36,694 bases of DNA from a virus. Lineage: Duplodnaviria; Caudoviricetes. The notes beneath the pieces are model-generated. The model did no database searches, was not told the origin of the DNA, and saw only the letters and a program-made list of their open reading frames with translations. Both the position numbers and the translations under genes were made by a program. Shown here piece by piece: positions 6,676 through 14,613 of this stretch; the first letter of the stretch is position 1; every line of letters starts with the position of its first letter. The DNA lies in IMG/VR virus record IMGVR_UViG_3300047402_000072, positions 1-36,694 of that record; one strand, 5' to 3'.

Positions 6676-7092
6676 ATGGCACTTCCCTCTTTCAAGCAGT
6701 TTGTCGTTGAGCAACCCGAAACCATCGAAGTCAAACCCGCAGTGCCGGGCAAGCTCGTGTCCGAAGTGACGCCGCCGGGCATGGAAGATTGGGTGAAGAA
6801 GAACAAGGCCCGCTTCCGCAAGCAGTACGGTGACCGTGGGGATGAAGTGCTCTACGCGACGGCGTGGGACATGTACGAGAAGGGGAAGCGCGAGGCGGTG
6901 AATGAAGGCACGATTATGCCCGACGACGACACCTCGATGGTCATGGCGCAGTTGTCCTCGATCATCGAGCGAGCGACCGCGTTGAAGTCGATGATTGTGC
7001 CGGGGCAGCTACCCGCGTGGGTGCAGTCGAAGATGACGGAAGCTGAGTCCGCAGTGCTGTGTGTTCACGACTACATGAAATACAAAGAGTAA
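6676..7092 (+). CDS. Modular late protein, probable internal head protein (LYATAW and LPAWVQSK modules)
   Basis: GAGGA RBS; begins MALPSFKQFVVE; modules common in T4-like phages. Confidence 0.75.
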   Translation: MALPSFKQFVVEQPETIEVKPAVPGKLVSEVTPPGMEDWVKKNKARFRKQYGDRGDEVLYATAWDMYEKGKREAVNEGTIMPDDDTSMVMAQLSSIIERATALKSMIVPGQLPAWVQSKMTEAESAVLCVHDYMKYKE

Positions 7093-7116
7093 CACACCAT
7101 CTGAAACGCATTTGAC

Positions 7117-7150
7117 AACGCCCGTGCTTCGACACGGGCGTTTGTGTTTT
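7117..7150 (+). terminator. Intrinsic terminator between convergent genes
   Basis: AACGCCCGTG-CTTCGA-CACGGGCGTT followed by TGTGTTTT. Confidence 0.85.
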
Positions 7151-9656
7151 AGACGTAGTTGAGTCGCGTGATCGCGAGGAGCGTGTTCTCGATAGGCTCT
7201 GTGCGAATCGGCATCGGAATGACGGTTGGCGCAGGCGTTCCCTGACCACCGACTACTGTCGTATTGGTGACTGGCGCATTATAGATGATCGATTGCCCAC
7301 CACTCATACCACCGGCATTTGAACCGGGCGCCGAACGCGTGTAGCTTGGTGTTGACGACAACGCTGCGACAGATGATGCTGGCGCCCCAACAGAACTCAA
7401 CAGTGCTGACGTATAGCCGGGCGATGCGTCAGGTGCCCATCGGTGGATGGCTTCAGTTAGCGGTCTGTTTCGGTAGGTTGGCGACAACCACAATGCGCGT
7501 TGTGCGGCTCGTCCCACTTCCTTTGACGGAAATAACGCATATCCTCCTTCATCGTAACCGATGCCTCCATGTTTACCGGCAAAATCGTCCTTGCCGCGTC
7601 TGATATTACCGGGATTATTATTTCGCATGTTGCGGTCTCCCGGCTTTCCACCTTCCCATCGGGTCTGTGCGTCGAGCAGCGCATTCATCTGTTCTTCCGT
7701 CAATTGGGCTGGTGTCAGTTCTGATGAGACATTGCTTGGCAACGCACTGGTAGTTTTGGTGGGCGTGGTAGACGTTGCAGCCTTTTCAGATGGTTTGCTG
7801 CCGGGTTCAGGTAGGAAGTAGTCGGTCGCCATGCTCAATCCAGTACCGAGGGCGGAGAGCGCCAGTGACGCCCCCACAGTTTCGGGAGCACCCACTAATC
7901 CAGCAATTTGTAATCCAGTGGACAATCCTTTAAGACCACCGCGTAAGGAAAATCCTGATTTATATGCGTCATACGCATCCATTCCTGCGCCAAGATATCC
8001 GATACTTTTTCCTGCGACTCGACTCACTTTAGCTAATCTTGCGAGTGTTGGAGACTTCGCAAAATACTCCCCTGCCCCTACTCCAAATTTACCAAGTCGC
8101 GATGCCGCAACCCGCTCAAGAAACGACGCTTCTTTGCCTGCGCCGGAGACAAATTGAACTGGCGTTTTTGCAGCTTCAATTGCTTTTCCTGCGTTATTGA
8201 ATTGTAGTATCCGCGCTTCCATTGCCGGATCGGCAACACCAGTTAGTGATTTTTTAGCGAGATACGATGTTACTTGATTCCCCGTCAACGGTTCTAATTC
8301 GGATGTAAGGCTTCCCAAAGTCGTTGGGCTACCACCACCGAATCCCAACCGCATACCTTTCAATTTGCTCGATTGTGCTACAACATTAGCTCCAGCGCCA
8401 TAAAGCGATTTTGCGGTCCGTATTGGATTGGCCGCCGCTCGTAATCCGTAACCATACGGTTCTGCTTCGCGTTGAAGACTTCGCCAAGATTCGTCTGGCG
8501 GGACTACCGTATTGGTCGTCGTCTGATCTTTGTCTTGTGTTGGTTGCGTTCCTTGAGAGGTATTGTCTTTGGTGTCAAATGCACCACCAGTGAGTTTGTT
8601 TGCGATCTTACCTAGAACTGTCTTCAATCCTTCTGGCATTAACTTCCATGCGGTGAAGACGATGGCCGCGCCACTTAGAATCTCGAACACTTCTGGAAGT
8701 ATTGCCGTCATCCCCGCCAATCCACCAAACGAATTCAAAAGTGAGGAGAAGAATCCACCTTCCTTCGCCGCAGGCTGTGCCATCAACGCAGTCACTTGTC
8801 TACGTGATGGAGCTTCGAGTGCGGCTTCTTGTCCTGTAAACGCCGCACGACTTTCGCGCAGAGCGTCTTCTTTGTCCTCACCGGCGTCGATATCTTGTGC
8901 GACTTTGATTTGACGAACAAGCGTGCTGTTGATCTTCTTCAGTTCACCAAGTTGTTCGACTTCAACATTACCACGACCACCAAATCGCGACGGTGACATG
9001 TCGTCAACAGACTCGGAACCGTATCGAACCGCAGTGTTTCGTGCGCTCTCGGTTGACGACAGCGCAGAGGCGCGAGATATACTAAAAGACGAACCAGCCT
9101 CCCGCGTTTCGCGCCGGCGCTCGATGCCAAATAATGCGAGCTTTGAGAGCCCTCGCACCAACATGCCACCTTTGCCATAATACCCCGCACCACGTTCAAG
9201 TGCGCTAACTCCGAGTTTCTTAACACCGCTGGCAACAACATTTCCCGCTCGAATACTAAAACTTGACTGTCGCTCAATTTCTTTGCTGAGTTCTCTTCCG
9301 ACTGCTTTAATCTTTTGTGCGTCTTCATCACTCAAAAGTTCGTCGGATTCTGCAAAACTAACAATACTTTCAACTTCAGTGAGTGCATTTCTCCACAAAC
9401 GCGGTGGAAGTTGTTCCAAGCTATTGATAAGAGACGTTAACCCCGCAACGTACGCGCGACCCATCTCAGACGTAATGTCGTTTGTTGCACCGCCAAGAAT
9501 AGCGGACATCTTCTTAAGACCTTTGGGCATAGTTGCAATGGTCTTTTGAAGTTCCGCTGCTCGAACGGCCGCACCAAGTGCCGCAAAATCTTTTTTGCGT
9601 TTCAGGTCTTCCTTTTCTTCGTCTGACAATCGCCGTTGCGTCTTATTGTCGGCCAT
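7149..9656 (-). CDS. Tape measure / baseplate hub protein (gp29-like) with C-terminal lysozyme-like RNNNPGNIR domain
   Basis: Helical Ala/Gly/Leu-rich body with hydrophobic segments; E...RNNNPGNIR...WAP motif; NAPVTNTTVV tail; downstream of gp26/gp51. Confidence 0.7.
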   Translation of the reverse strand: MADNKTQRRLSDEEKEDLKRKKDFAALGAAVRAAELQKTIATMPKGLKKMSAILGGATNDITSEMGRAYVAGLTSLINSLEQLPPRLWRNALTEVESIVSFAESDELLSDEDAQKIKAVGRELSKEIERQSSFSIRAGNVVASGVKKLGVSALERGAGYYGKGGMLVRGLSKLALFGIERRRETREAGSSFSISRASALSSTESARNTAVRYGSESVDDMSPSRFGGRGNVEVEQLGELKKINSTLVRQIKVAQDIDAGEDKEDALRESRAAFTGQEAALEAPSRRQVTALMAQPAAKEGGFFSSLLNSFGGLAGMTAILPEVFEILSGAAIVFTAWKLMPEGLKTVLGKIANKLTGGAFDTKDNTSQGTQPTQDKDQTTTNTVVPPDESWRSLQREAEPYGYGLRAAANPIRTAKSLYGAGANVVAQSSKLKGMRLGFGGGSPTTLGSLTSELEPLTGNQVTSYLAKKSLTGVADPAMEARILQFNNAGKAIEAAKTPVQFVSGAGKEASFLERVAASRLGKFGVGAGEYFAKSPTLARLAKVSRVAGKSIGYLGAGMDAYDAYKSGFSLRGGLKGLSTGLQIAGLVGAPETVGASLALSALGTGLSMATDYFLPEPGSKPSEKAATSTTPTKTTSALPSNVSSELTPAQLTEEQMNALLDAQTRWEGGKPGDRNMRNNNPGNIRRGKDDFAGKHGGIGYDEGGYALFPSKEVGRAAQRALWLSPTYRNRPLTEAIHRWAPDASPGYTSALLSSVGAPASSVAALSSTPSYTRSAPGSNAGGMSGGQSIIYNAPVTNTTVVGGQGTPAPTVIPMPIRTEPIENTLLAITRLNYV

Positions 9657-9662
9657 AGCGTC

Positions 9663-9842
9663 CTATCCGCGTTTTGCGTTTTTCTCCTGCTCGTCGAGCC
9701 ACTGTCGAAGGAGCAGAACGTAGATATCTCGTTCAAACGGTATCATGTCTTCCAGTTCAGTCAACGAGAACCCATGATGTTTCACGAGATTGAAATTCAA
9801 CGTGTAGTAGTTGGGCAGAGTTTCGTGGCTCTGCCCTACCCG
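9663..9842 (-). CDS. gp51: Baseplate hub assembly catalyst gp51-like region, probably expressed as a -1 frameshift fusion to gp26
   Basis: NYYTLNFNLVKHHGFSLTELEDMIPFERDIYV matches the gp51 family; no start codon in front of the conserved part; slippery site at 9848-9842. Confidence 0.85.
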   Translation of the reverse strand, partial: RVGQSHETLPNYYTLNFNLVKHHGFSLTELEDMIPFERDIYVLLLRQWLDEQEKNAKRG

Positions 9843-10588
9843 AAAAAACTCTCCAACCCCTGCAACGTAATTTCTTCTGTATAGTTGCACTTCGGGCATT
9901 TGAACGTGGTCGTGTGCGACAAGATTGGCATCGTATCAAAGAACTGCTGAATCGCCTCCAACTGCGTTACCGTCAACGAGTCGATGAACGTCTGTCGTTC
10001 GTCTTCGCTTTGATCGTAGAACTCATACACGGAACCGTCGGCCGTGTACACGTTTTCAATACATTCTTCGAGCACTTTCAGAATTGTCAACGGCGTCACG
10101 CCTTCTGTACTCAAAAGATTGAGCACATCAGCGGTTGGATATCGCAACGTTAATCCCACGTCTGGCGTGATTTGAATCTGCTTGCTGTGATTTTCGCGTT
10201 TCACAATTTTCACATCATCCAAGTTGATTGAGATCGGTACGACTGCATGGCACCGTCCATCGTCTTTTTCTTGACGCTCTGCTTCTGATCGCACGATATT
10301 TTGGCATTCAAAGCGTGTCTCCACGATATTATTGACGGACTTCGCACGAAGCTGCACGTAGAGATATTCCAAGTCAAACGATGGCAACTTTTCTGGATCA
10401 ATCTTATCAAAGGTGCAGTTGCGGATGATCGACTTGACGGCGTTTTCAATTTCTTTCTTCTCACCACCCTGCTGCGCCATGAGCAGGATCTTTTCCTCAC
10501 GAACGAGGTACGGACGGAACTTGACGGGCTTCGACTGACTGAGCAGCGTCACTTCATATTCGGGCACGACGAGTGTTGGGAGTGCCAT
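9836..10588 (-). CDS. gp26: Baseplate hub subunit/chaperone gp26
   Basis: MALP..P.Y...KFRPYLVREEKILLMA, FDLEYL..QLRAKSV, FFDTMP.L, CPKC, GLESFF; GAGGTG RBS. Confidence 0.92.
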   Translation of the reverse strand: MALPTLVVPEYEVTLLSQSKPVKFRPYLVREEKILLMAQQGGEKKEIENAVKSIIRNCTFDKIDPEKLPSFDLEYLYVQLRAKSVNNIVETRFECQNIVRSEAERQEKDDGRCHAVVPISINLDDVKIVKRENHSKQIQITPDVGLTLRYPTADVLNLLSTEGVTPLTILKVLEECIENVYTADGSVYEFYDQSEDERQTFIDSLTVTQLEAIQQFFDTMPILSHTTTFKCPKCNYTEEITLQGLESFFG

Positions 10589-10612
10589 AGCTATTCACCT
10601 CATGAAAGAACG

Positions 10613-11581
10613 TTATCGAATCCAACCATTAAAAATGGCCGTGTTATAGGCAGCTTGCTTCACGACACCGAGAAAAATGTCCATCTTCGAGCGGGATGCA
10701 GACGCAGGAGGCTCCCAAATTGGTGCTCGACTTGCCCAACCACCGTTCGGGTCGTAGTCCCATCGACCTCCCGCTTGAATTTCTGCCAGTGATGCGTTAC
10801 CAGAGTAGTTATTGGGGTCTTTGTTTTTGTCTAAATCTATTCCGAAAGCAAAAAAGTTATCGTTTTTTTCTTCCGATGGGCCCACATCAACCCAATAACT
10901 GTAGTTAAACGTTACCGTCAGTTGTGTAAAACTATCGTTTTCACCCCAATTCAATCCAGTTGCCTCAACCGATACGGGATACAACTCAAAGAATCGGTGA
11001 CGCAACGAGACTTGGCGATAAAACTCTTTAGATGGTGGCTCGTTTTTGAACCGAACTCCGCTTTTTGTAAAATCTTCTAAGTGACTGAACTGCCAAATTT
11101 CAGCTTCAGCGTAATAGTCGGCTGGAAATGACATATCAAACGCGCCGGGAACGAGCGAGTAATTACCAAAGCCGCCCCCACTTTTTGAGCCTATTGTTCG
11201 CGTATCAGATATTCTGTCTTGCCACTTCTGAAAATATCGATGACCAATGTTGAAGCCAAGTTTATCAATCGGTGTTACGAATGTGCATTGTAGTGGATTA
11301 TAGGTGTTGAAGTATGGCACCTTTCGTTCAAATCCGTAGATACTCTGATCCGCCGTTGCGAATCCGCGCCCCGGCAGAGACATTGATGTACACACCAAAC
11401 CCAAACTCATGAGGTCTTGAAAAGGATCGGGATGAAGTACGACACCACCTCGAAAAGTCTCGCCCCTCGGCGGCAGTTCTTCACCTGTGGTCGGAGGTTG
11501 TACCAATCGGAATTCAAACCAACTGGGCTTTTGGAAGCCGTATTGTCCGACTTGAGTTCTAAATTCGTCGAGAATTGACAT
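10613..11581 (-). CDS. Baseplate-tail tube junction / tube-fold protein (gp54-like)
   Basis: LVCTSMSLPG, YFQKWQD, ELYPVSV...LNW...LTVTFNYSYW tube-fold motifs; lies between gp2 and gp26. Confidence 0.7.
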   Translation of the reverse strand: MSILDEFRTQVGQYGFQKPSWFEFRLVQPPTTGEELPPRGETFRGGVVLHPDPFQDLMSLGLVCTSMSLPGRGFATADQSIYGFERKVPYFNTYNPLQCTFVTPIDKLGFNIGHRYFQKWQDRISDTRTIGSKSGGGFGNYSLVPGAFDMSFPADYYAEAEIWQFSHLEDFTKSGVRFKNEPPSKEFYRQVSLRHRFFELYPVSVEATGLNWGENDSFTQLTVTFNYSYWVDVGPSEEKNDNFFAFGIDLDKNKDPNNYSGNASLAEIQAGGRWDYDPNGGWASRAPIWEPPASASRSKMDIFLGVVKQAAYNTAIFNGWIR

Positions 11582-11587
11582 AGCTCT

Positions 11588-12238
11588 CTAGTATAGTTGC
11601 TTTCGTGATTCGGCCCACACTTCGCTGCGTGTAGACTTTTTGAACATTTCCACAGGCAAAAACAACGCCGTGACCCACTCTGTCTCACCAACGTGAAGCA
11701 TCGTGCTTCGCATCTGATTGATACGATACGAGCGAATGCACGGGCGATACGCCGCGAAACGTTTGACGCTACTCAACATGTCGTAGTCAATATTGATATA
11801 GCTATTTAGGGGTGCATTCGGATTAGTTGCACTTGGAATACGTGCCCGCGTATACAACGCATCGAACAGTTTTGCACGGTTCAAATTGTCGAGATAGTGA
11901 AAGTTCAGCCCAAGTAAGTGCCCCGGCGACTTGTCCAAGAGTAGAATGAACGGAAACCTGTCGTAGTACGGTAGCGTACGAAAGCCCTCGGGACTGTACA
12001 TGAAGAAATACAAGCGTCCAGCACGAGCTTTACTTGGCGATACAATCTGTTTCGCAAATGCCTCGCGTTCAGATGCGAGCTTGGCATAGGTGATGTTGCC
12101 GCTAAACTGTCGCTGCCACGCCGCCAGTTCCGAAGTATAGTTCCGAAACCACAATAACGCGCGACGTTCGGCGGCGGGTAAACCTTTGCTTGTCAGAATG
12201 CGCTCACGCAGCATTTGAAAGATGTTGCTATCGGCCAT
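11588..12238 (-). CDS. gp2: DNA end protector protein
   Basis: GRLYFFMY.P...LPYYDRFP, GLNFHYL, W.TALFLPVEMF.K...VWAES motifs. Confidence 0.93.
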   Translation of the reverse strand: MADSNIFQMLRERILTSKGLPAAERRALLWFRNYTSELAAWQRQFSGNITYAKLASEREAFAKQIVSPSKARAGRLYFFMYSPEGFRTLPYYDRFPFILLLDKSPGHLLGLNFHYLDNLNRAKLFDALYTRARIPSATNPNAPLNSYINIDYDMLSSVKRFAAYRPCIRSYRINQMRSTMLHVGETEWVTALFLPVEMFKKSTRSEVWAESRKQLY

Positions 12239-12675
12239 TAGTGGAATCCTCGAAACAGATGTTCCTCAGTGAGCACGAGAAACGTCCAATTGCGGTCGGC
12301 GCAGTAGGCTTTGGCTGCATCCCACTTCGCGTGATTCACGGCGACAATCGCAGCTTCCCGAAGAAATTTTCGCGTCTTCCGTTTGACGGTGCGAACCTCA
12401 GTTTGCGCTTTAGGTTTGATTTCCACCAGAAACACGCGCGGACCTGTTGGTGTCTGCGTCTCTAGCCAAACATCAGGAAAGTAGCGATGCACGCGACCGT
12501 CAATCGGATGTCGATACGGGATGATCAATTCCTCGGACGCCCAGCGAAGCACGCCGGGGGTGCTATCGCAGTAGTCAAAAAACCGTCGCTCCCAACTAGA
12601 ACGATAGACGATGTTGGCGGCATTCCCGACGTATTTCTGCGGGTGGCGTGGTGTGAAGATTCCTTGATATGGCAT
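12238..12675 (-). CDS. gp4: Head completion nuclease (TnsA-like)
   Basis: P.KYVG...IVYRSSWE, WASEE..IPY, HRYFPD, VEIKP..QT, VNHAKW.AA motifs. Confidence 0.93.
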   Translation of the reverse strand: MPYQGIFTPRHPQKYVGNAANIVYRSSWERRFFDYCDSTPGVLRWASEELIIPYRHPIDGRVHRYFPDVWLETQTPTGPRVFLVEIKPKAQTEVRTVKRKTRKFLREAAIVAVNHAKWDAAKAYCADRNWTFLVLTEEHLFRGFH

Positions 12676-12701
12676 AGTAATGTCGGGTTTCAAGTGTCGT
12701 G

Positions 12702-12739
12702 CTAAATAGATGAGAGTTTTCCCCTAGTCAAGTATTTAG
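12702..12739. promoter_or_regulatory. Pair of opposed late promoters
   Basis: CTAAATA on plus (12702-12708) and CTAAATA on minus (12739-12733) between divergent gp4 and gp48. Confidence 0.65.
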
Positions 12740-12753
12740 AAACTGGAGTTCAG

Positions 12754-14058
12754 ATGGCAGACACAGACAATACTCCATCAACAGCAGGTAGTGGCGTAAA
12801 TTTCACCAATCAGCAGGGACAGAATCTTGGTCCACTAGTGGGAGCGGCTCGTTATCCGGCGGAACTTGGTCAAGCCGGAGCTTTTGAAAAGTGGATGCTG
12901 TTTGAGGTTAAGCAAACACGACATGTTGGACGAAGTGGAATGGCGGCCGGAAAACTTGGTGGTGAGTCACCAGAAAAAGACGCACCAATCGCAGCAGTGG
13001 CATTATATCTACCCGAAAGTGCTCTTAAAAGTACCACAGAAGTCGGGTACGATACGCACGATCTGGGTCCGTTTGCTGGTGTATTGTCGGAACATTTCGC
13101 GCAAACAGGTGGACAACAACTTTATCAATTACAGAAAGGTGTTGGTGACGCCACCAAGGCCGTGGCGGAACTTTTTCAAGGTGCTGGTGTGCTTGACACG
13201 GCGCGAAAAGAGTGGGAAGCTGGAAAAACAGCATTCGGGGCGATTTGGAATCAGGTTAAGCAAGCCGGTTCGTCTGCGATAAATGCCAACCCCAACAGTG
13301 TTGCCCAAGCAACCAGAGCAGGCGTGCTGTATGCCGCAGAAAACACGGGATTTGGTGATAACGCCACGCAGTTATTTGGGCAGCGCGTCAATCCGCGTAC
13401 GGACGTTCTTTTTAATCATGTCCAATACCGGTCTCATGATTTAGATTTTATGTTAATTCCTCGGTCGATTGAGGAAGCTCGTTCTATTGACACGATCATT
13501 CATTTCTTTCAATACTACATGTTGCCAAGTTATAGTCCAAATCTAAACAACAACCTTACAGGTATGTTGATGGGATTTCCGTATGAGTTTGAAATTACGT
13601 TTTGGACACAAACCCAATCCAGCGGCAACATGCACCACATCAATAAAATTGGTCGATCCGTGTTAACGTCTGTATCTCTTAATCATGCGGCTGCTGGTAA
13701 AACAGCGTTCTTTGCAAAGAACGGTGAGGTCTATCCTGCTGCTACGTCTCTGTCGTTGCGATTTCAAGAAATTCGGTTGTTGGCGCGCGACTCGGAAGAA
13801 ATTGACCGTGCTGGTGGAAACACCGCGAAGGCGTTTAAGGACACCGGCAAAGACCCTAATGCAGTAGAAGCTCCACCATCACCAGAACAACCACAAACAG
13901 TGTCCGCGCCGGCAAGACAATCAACACAATCAAACTCCTCCAACAAGACCCCCGCCGTCGGCGGTCGCGGAGGCGGCGCCGGAAACGCTGGTCAAAAACC
14001 CAATGTGTCGGGAGGCCGCGGGGGTGGCCCCGGCCCCGGGCCCGGGCCAAAGAGCTGA
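12754..14058 (+). CDS. gp48: Baseplate tail tube cap
   Basis: RYP, LYLP, VNP...LF...RSH...F.LIPRS.EEA..I..IIHFF, P.EFEI.F, L.FQE motifs; GGAG RBS. Confidence 0.85.
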   Translation: MADTDNTPSTAGSGVNFTNQQGQNLGPLVGAARYPAELGQAGAFEKWMLFEVKQTRHVGRSGMAAGKLGGESPEKDAPIAAVALYLPESALKSTTEVGYDTHDLGPFAGVLSEHFAQTGGQQLYQLQKGVGDATKAVAELFQGAGVLDTARKEWEAGKTAFGAIWNQVKQAGSSAINANPNSVAQATRAGVLYAAENTGFGDNATQLFGQRVNPRTDVLFNHVQYRSHDLDFMLIPRSIEEARSIDTIIHFFQYYMLPSYSPNLNNNLTGMLMGFPYEFEITFWTQTQSSGNMHHINKIGRSVLTSVSLNHAAAGKTAFFAKNGEVYPAATSLSLRFQEIRLLARDSEEIDRAGGNTAKAFKDTGKDPNAVEAPPSPEQPQTVSAPARQSTQSNSSNKTPAVGGRGGGAGNAGQKPNVSGGRGGGPGPGPGPKS

Positions 14059-14079
14059 TAGGCTCAGTAGAATTACTTT

Positions 14080-14607
14080 ATGGAATACTTCAAATACCTT
14101 CCACTGACCGTTTACACATACACCGACACGAATAATACGACGTATGATGTCGTCATTCGTGACATTACCGCACGCGCAAAAATTGCCGCGCGACTTCAGC
14201 AAACACAGGTTGCGCTATATGACTACATTATCGGTGACGAACAACGGCCCGATACGGTCTCGCAGTTGCTCTACAAAACGCCCAACTATACTTGGATTAT
14301 ATTGTTTGTTGCAAATATTTTTAATCTGTATGATTGGCCGTTGTCGAATGATGAAATGGTCGATTACTTAATCAGTAAGTATGGGAGCATCGAGAATGCA
14401 CAAACGGGTTCGCGCTATTACTACACCATCGAAGGTGATCGCGTTGATGCCACGACATACGGACTTCTTCCTGTGGCTCGTCGTGGTGTAATGCTGTCTT
14501 CCTACGAGCAGGAGATACAGGACAATGATCAAAAGCGTCGAATCAAGGTGGTGCCGCCGGCACTCATACATCAAGTTGCCGCAGATTTTCGCACGCTCTT
14601 TCGGTAA
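14080..14607 (+). CDS. gp53: Baseplate wedge subunit (LysM-like)
   Basis: YFKYLP, RPDTVS..LY...WIIL..NI....DWPLS, YEQE...ND.KR.IKV. Confidence 0.9.
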   Translation: MEYFKYLPLTVYTYTDTNNTTYDVVIRDITARAKIAARLQQTQVALYDYIIGDEQRPDTVSQLLYKTPNYTWIILFVANIFNLYDWPLSNDEMVDYLISKYGSIENAQTGSRYYYTIEGDRVDATTYGLLPVARRGVMLSSYEQEIQDNDQKRRIKVVPPALIHQVAADFRTLFR

Positions 14608-14613
14608 ATTTTT

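Noticed and set aside
9843-9899. ATG 9899 as the gp51 start (MPEVQLYRRNYVAG...)
   Set aside because: It lies about 60 nt inside gp26 with no SD and a non-homologous N-terminus; the frameshift model fits better, though this start is not formally excluded.
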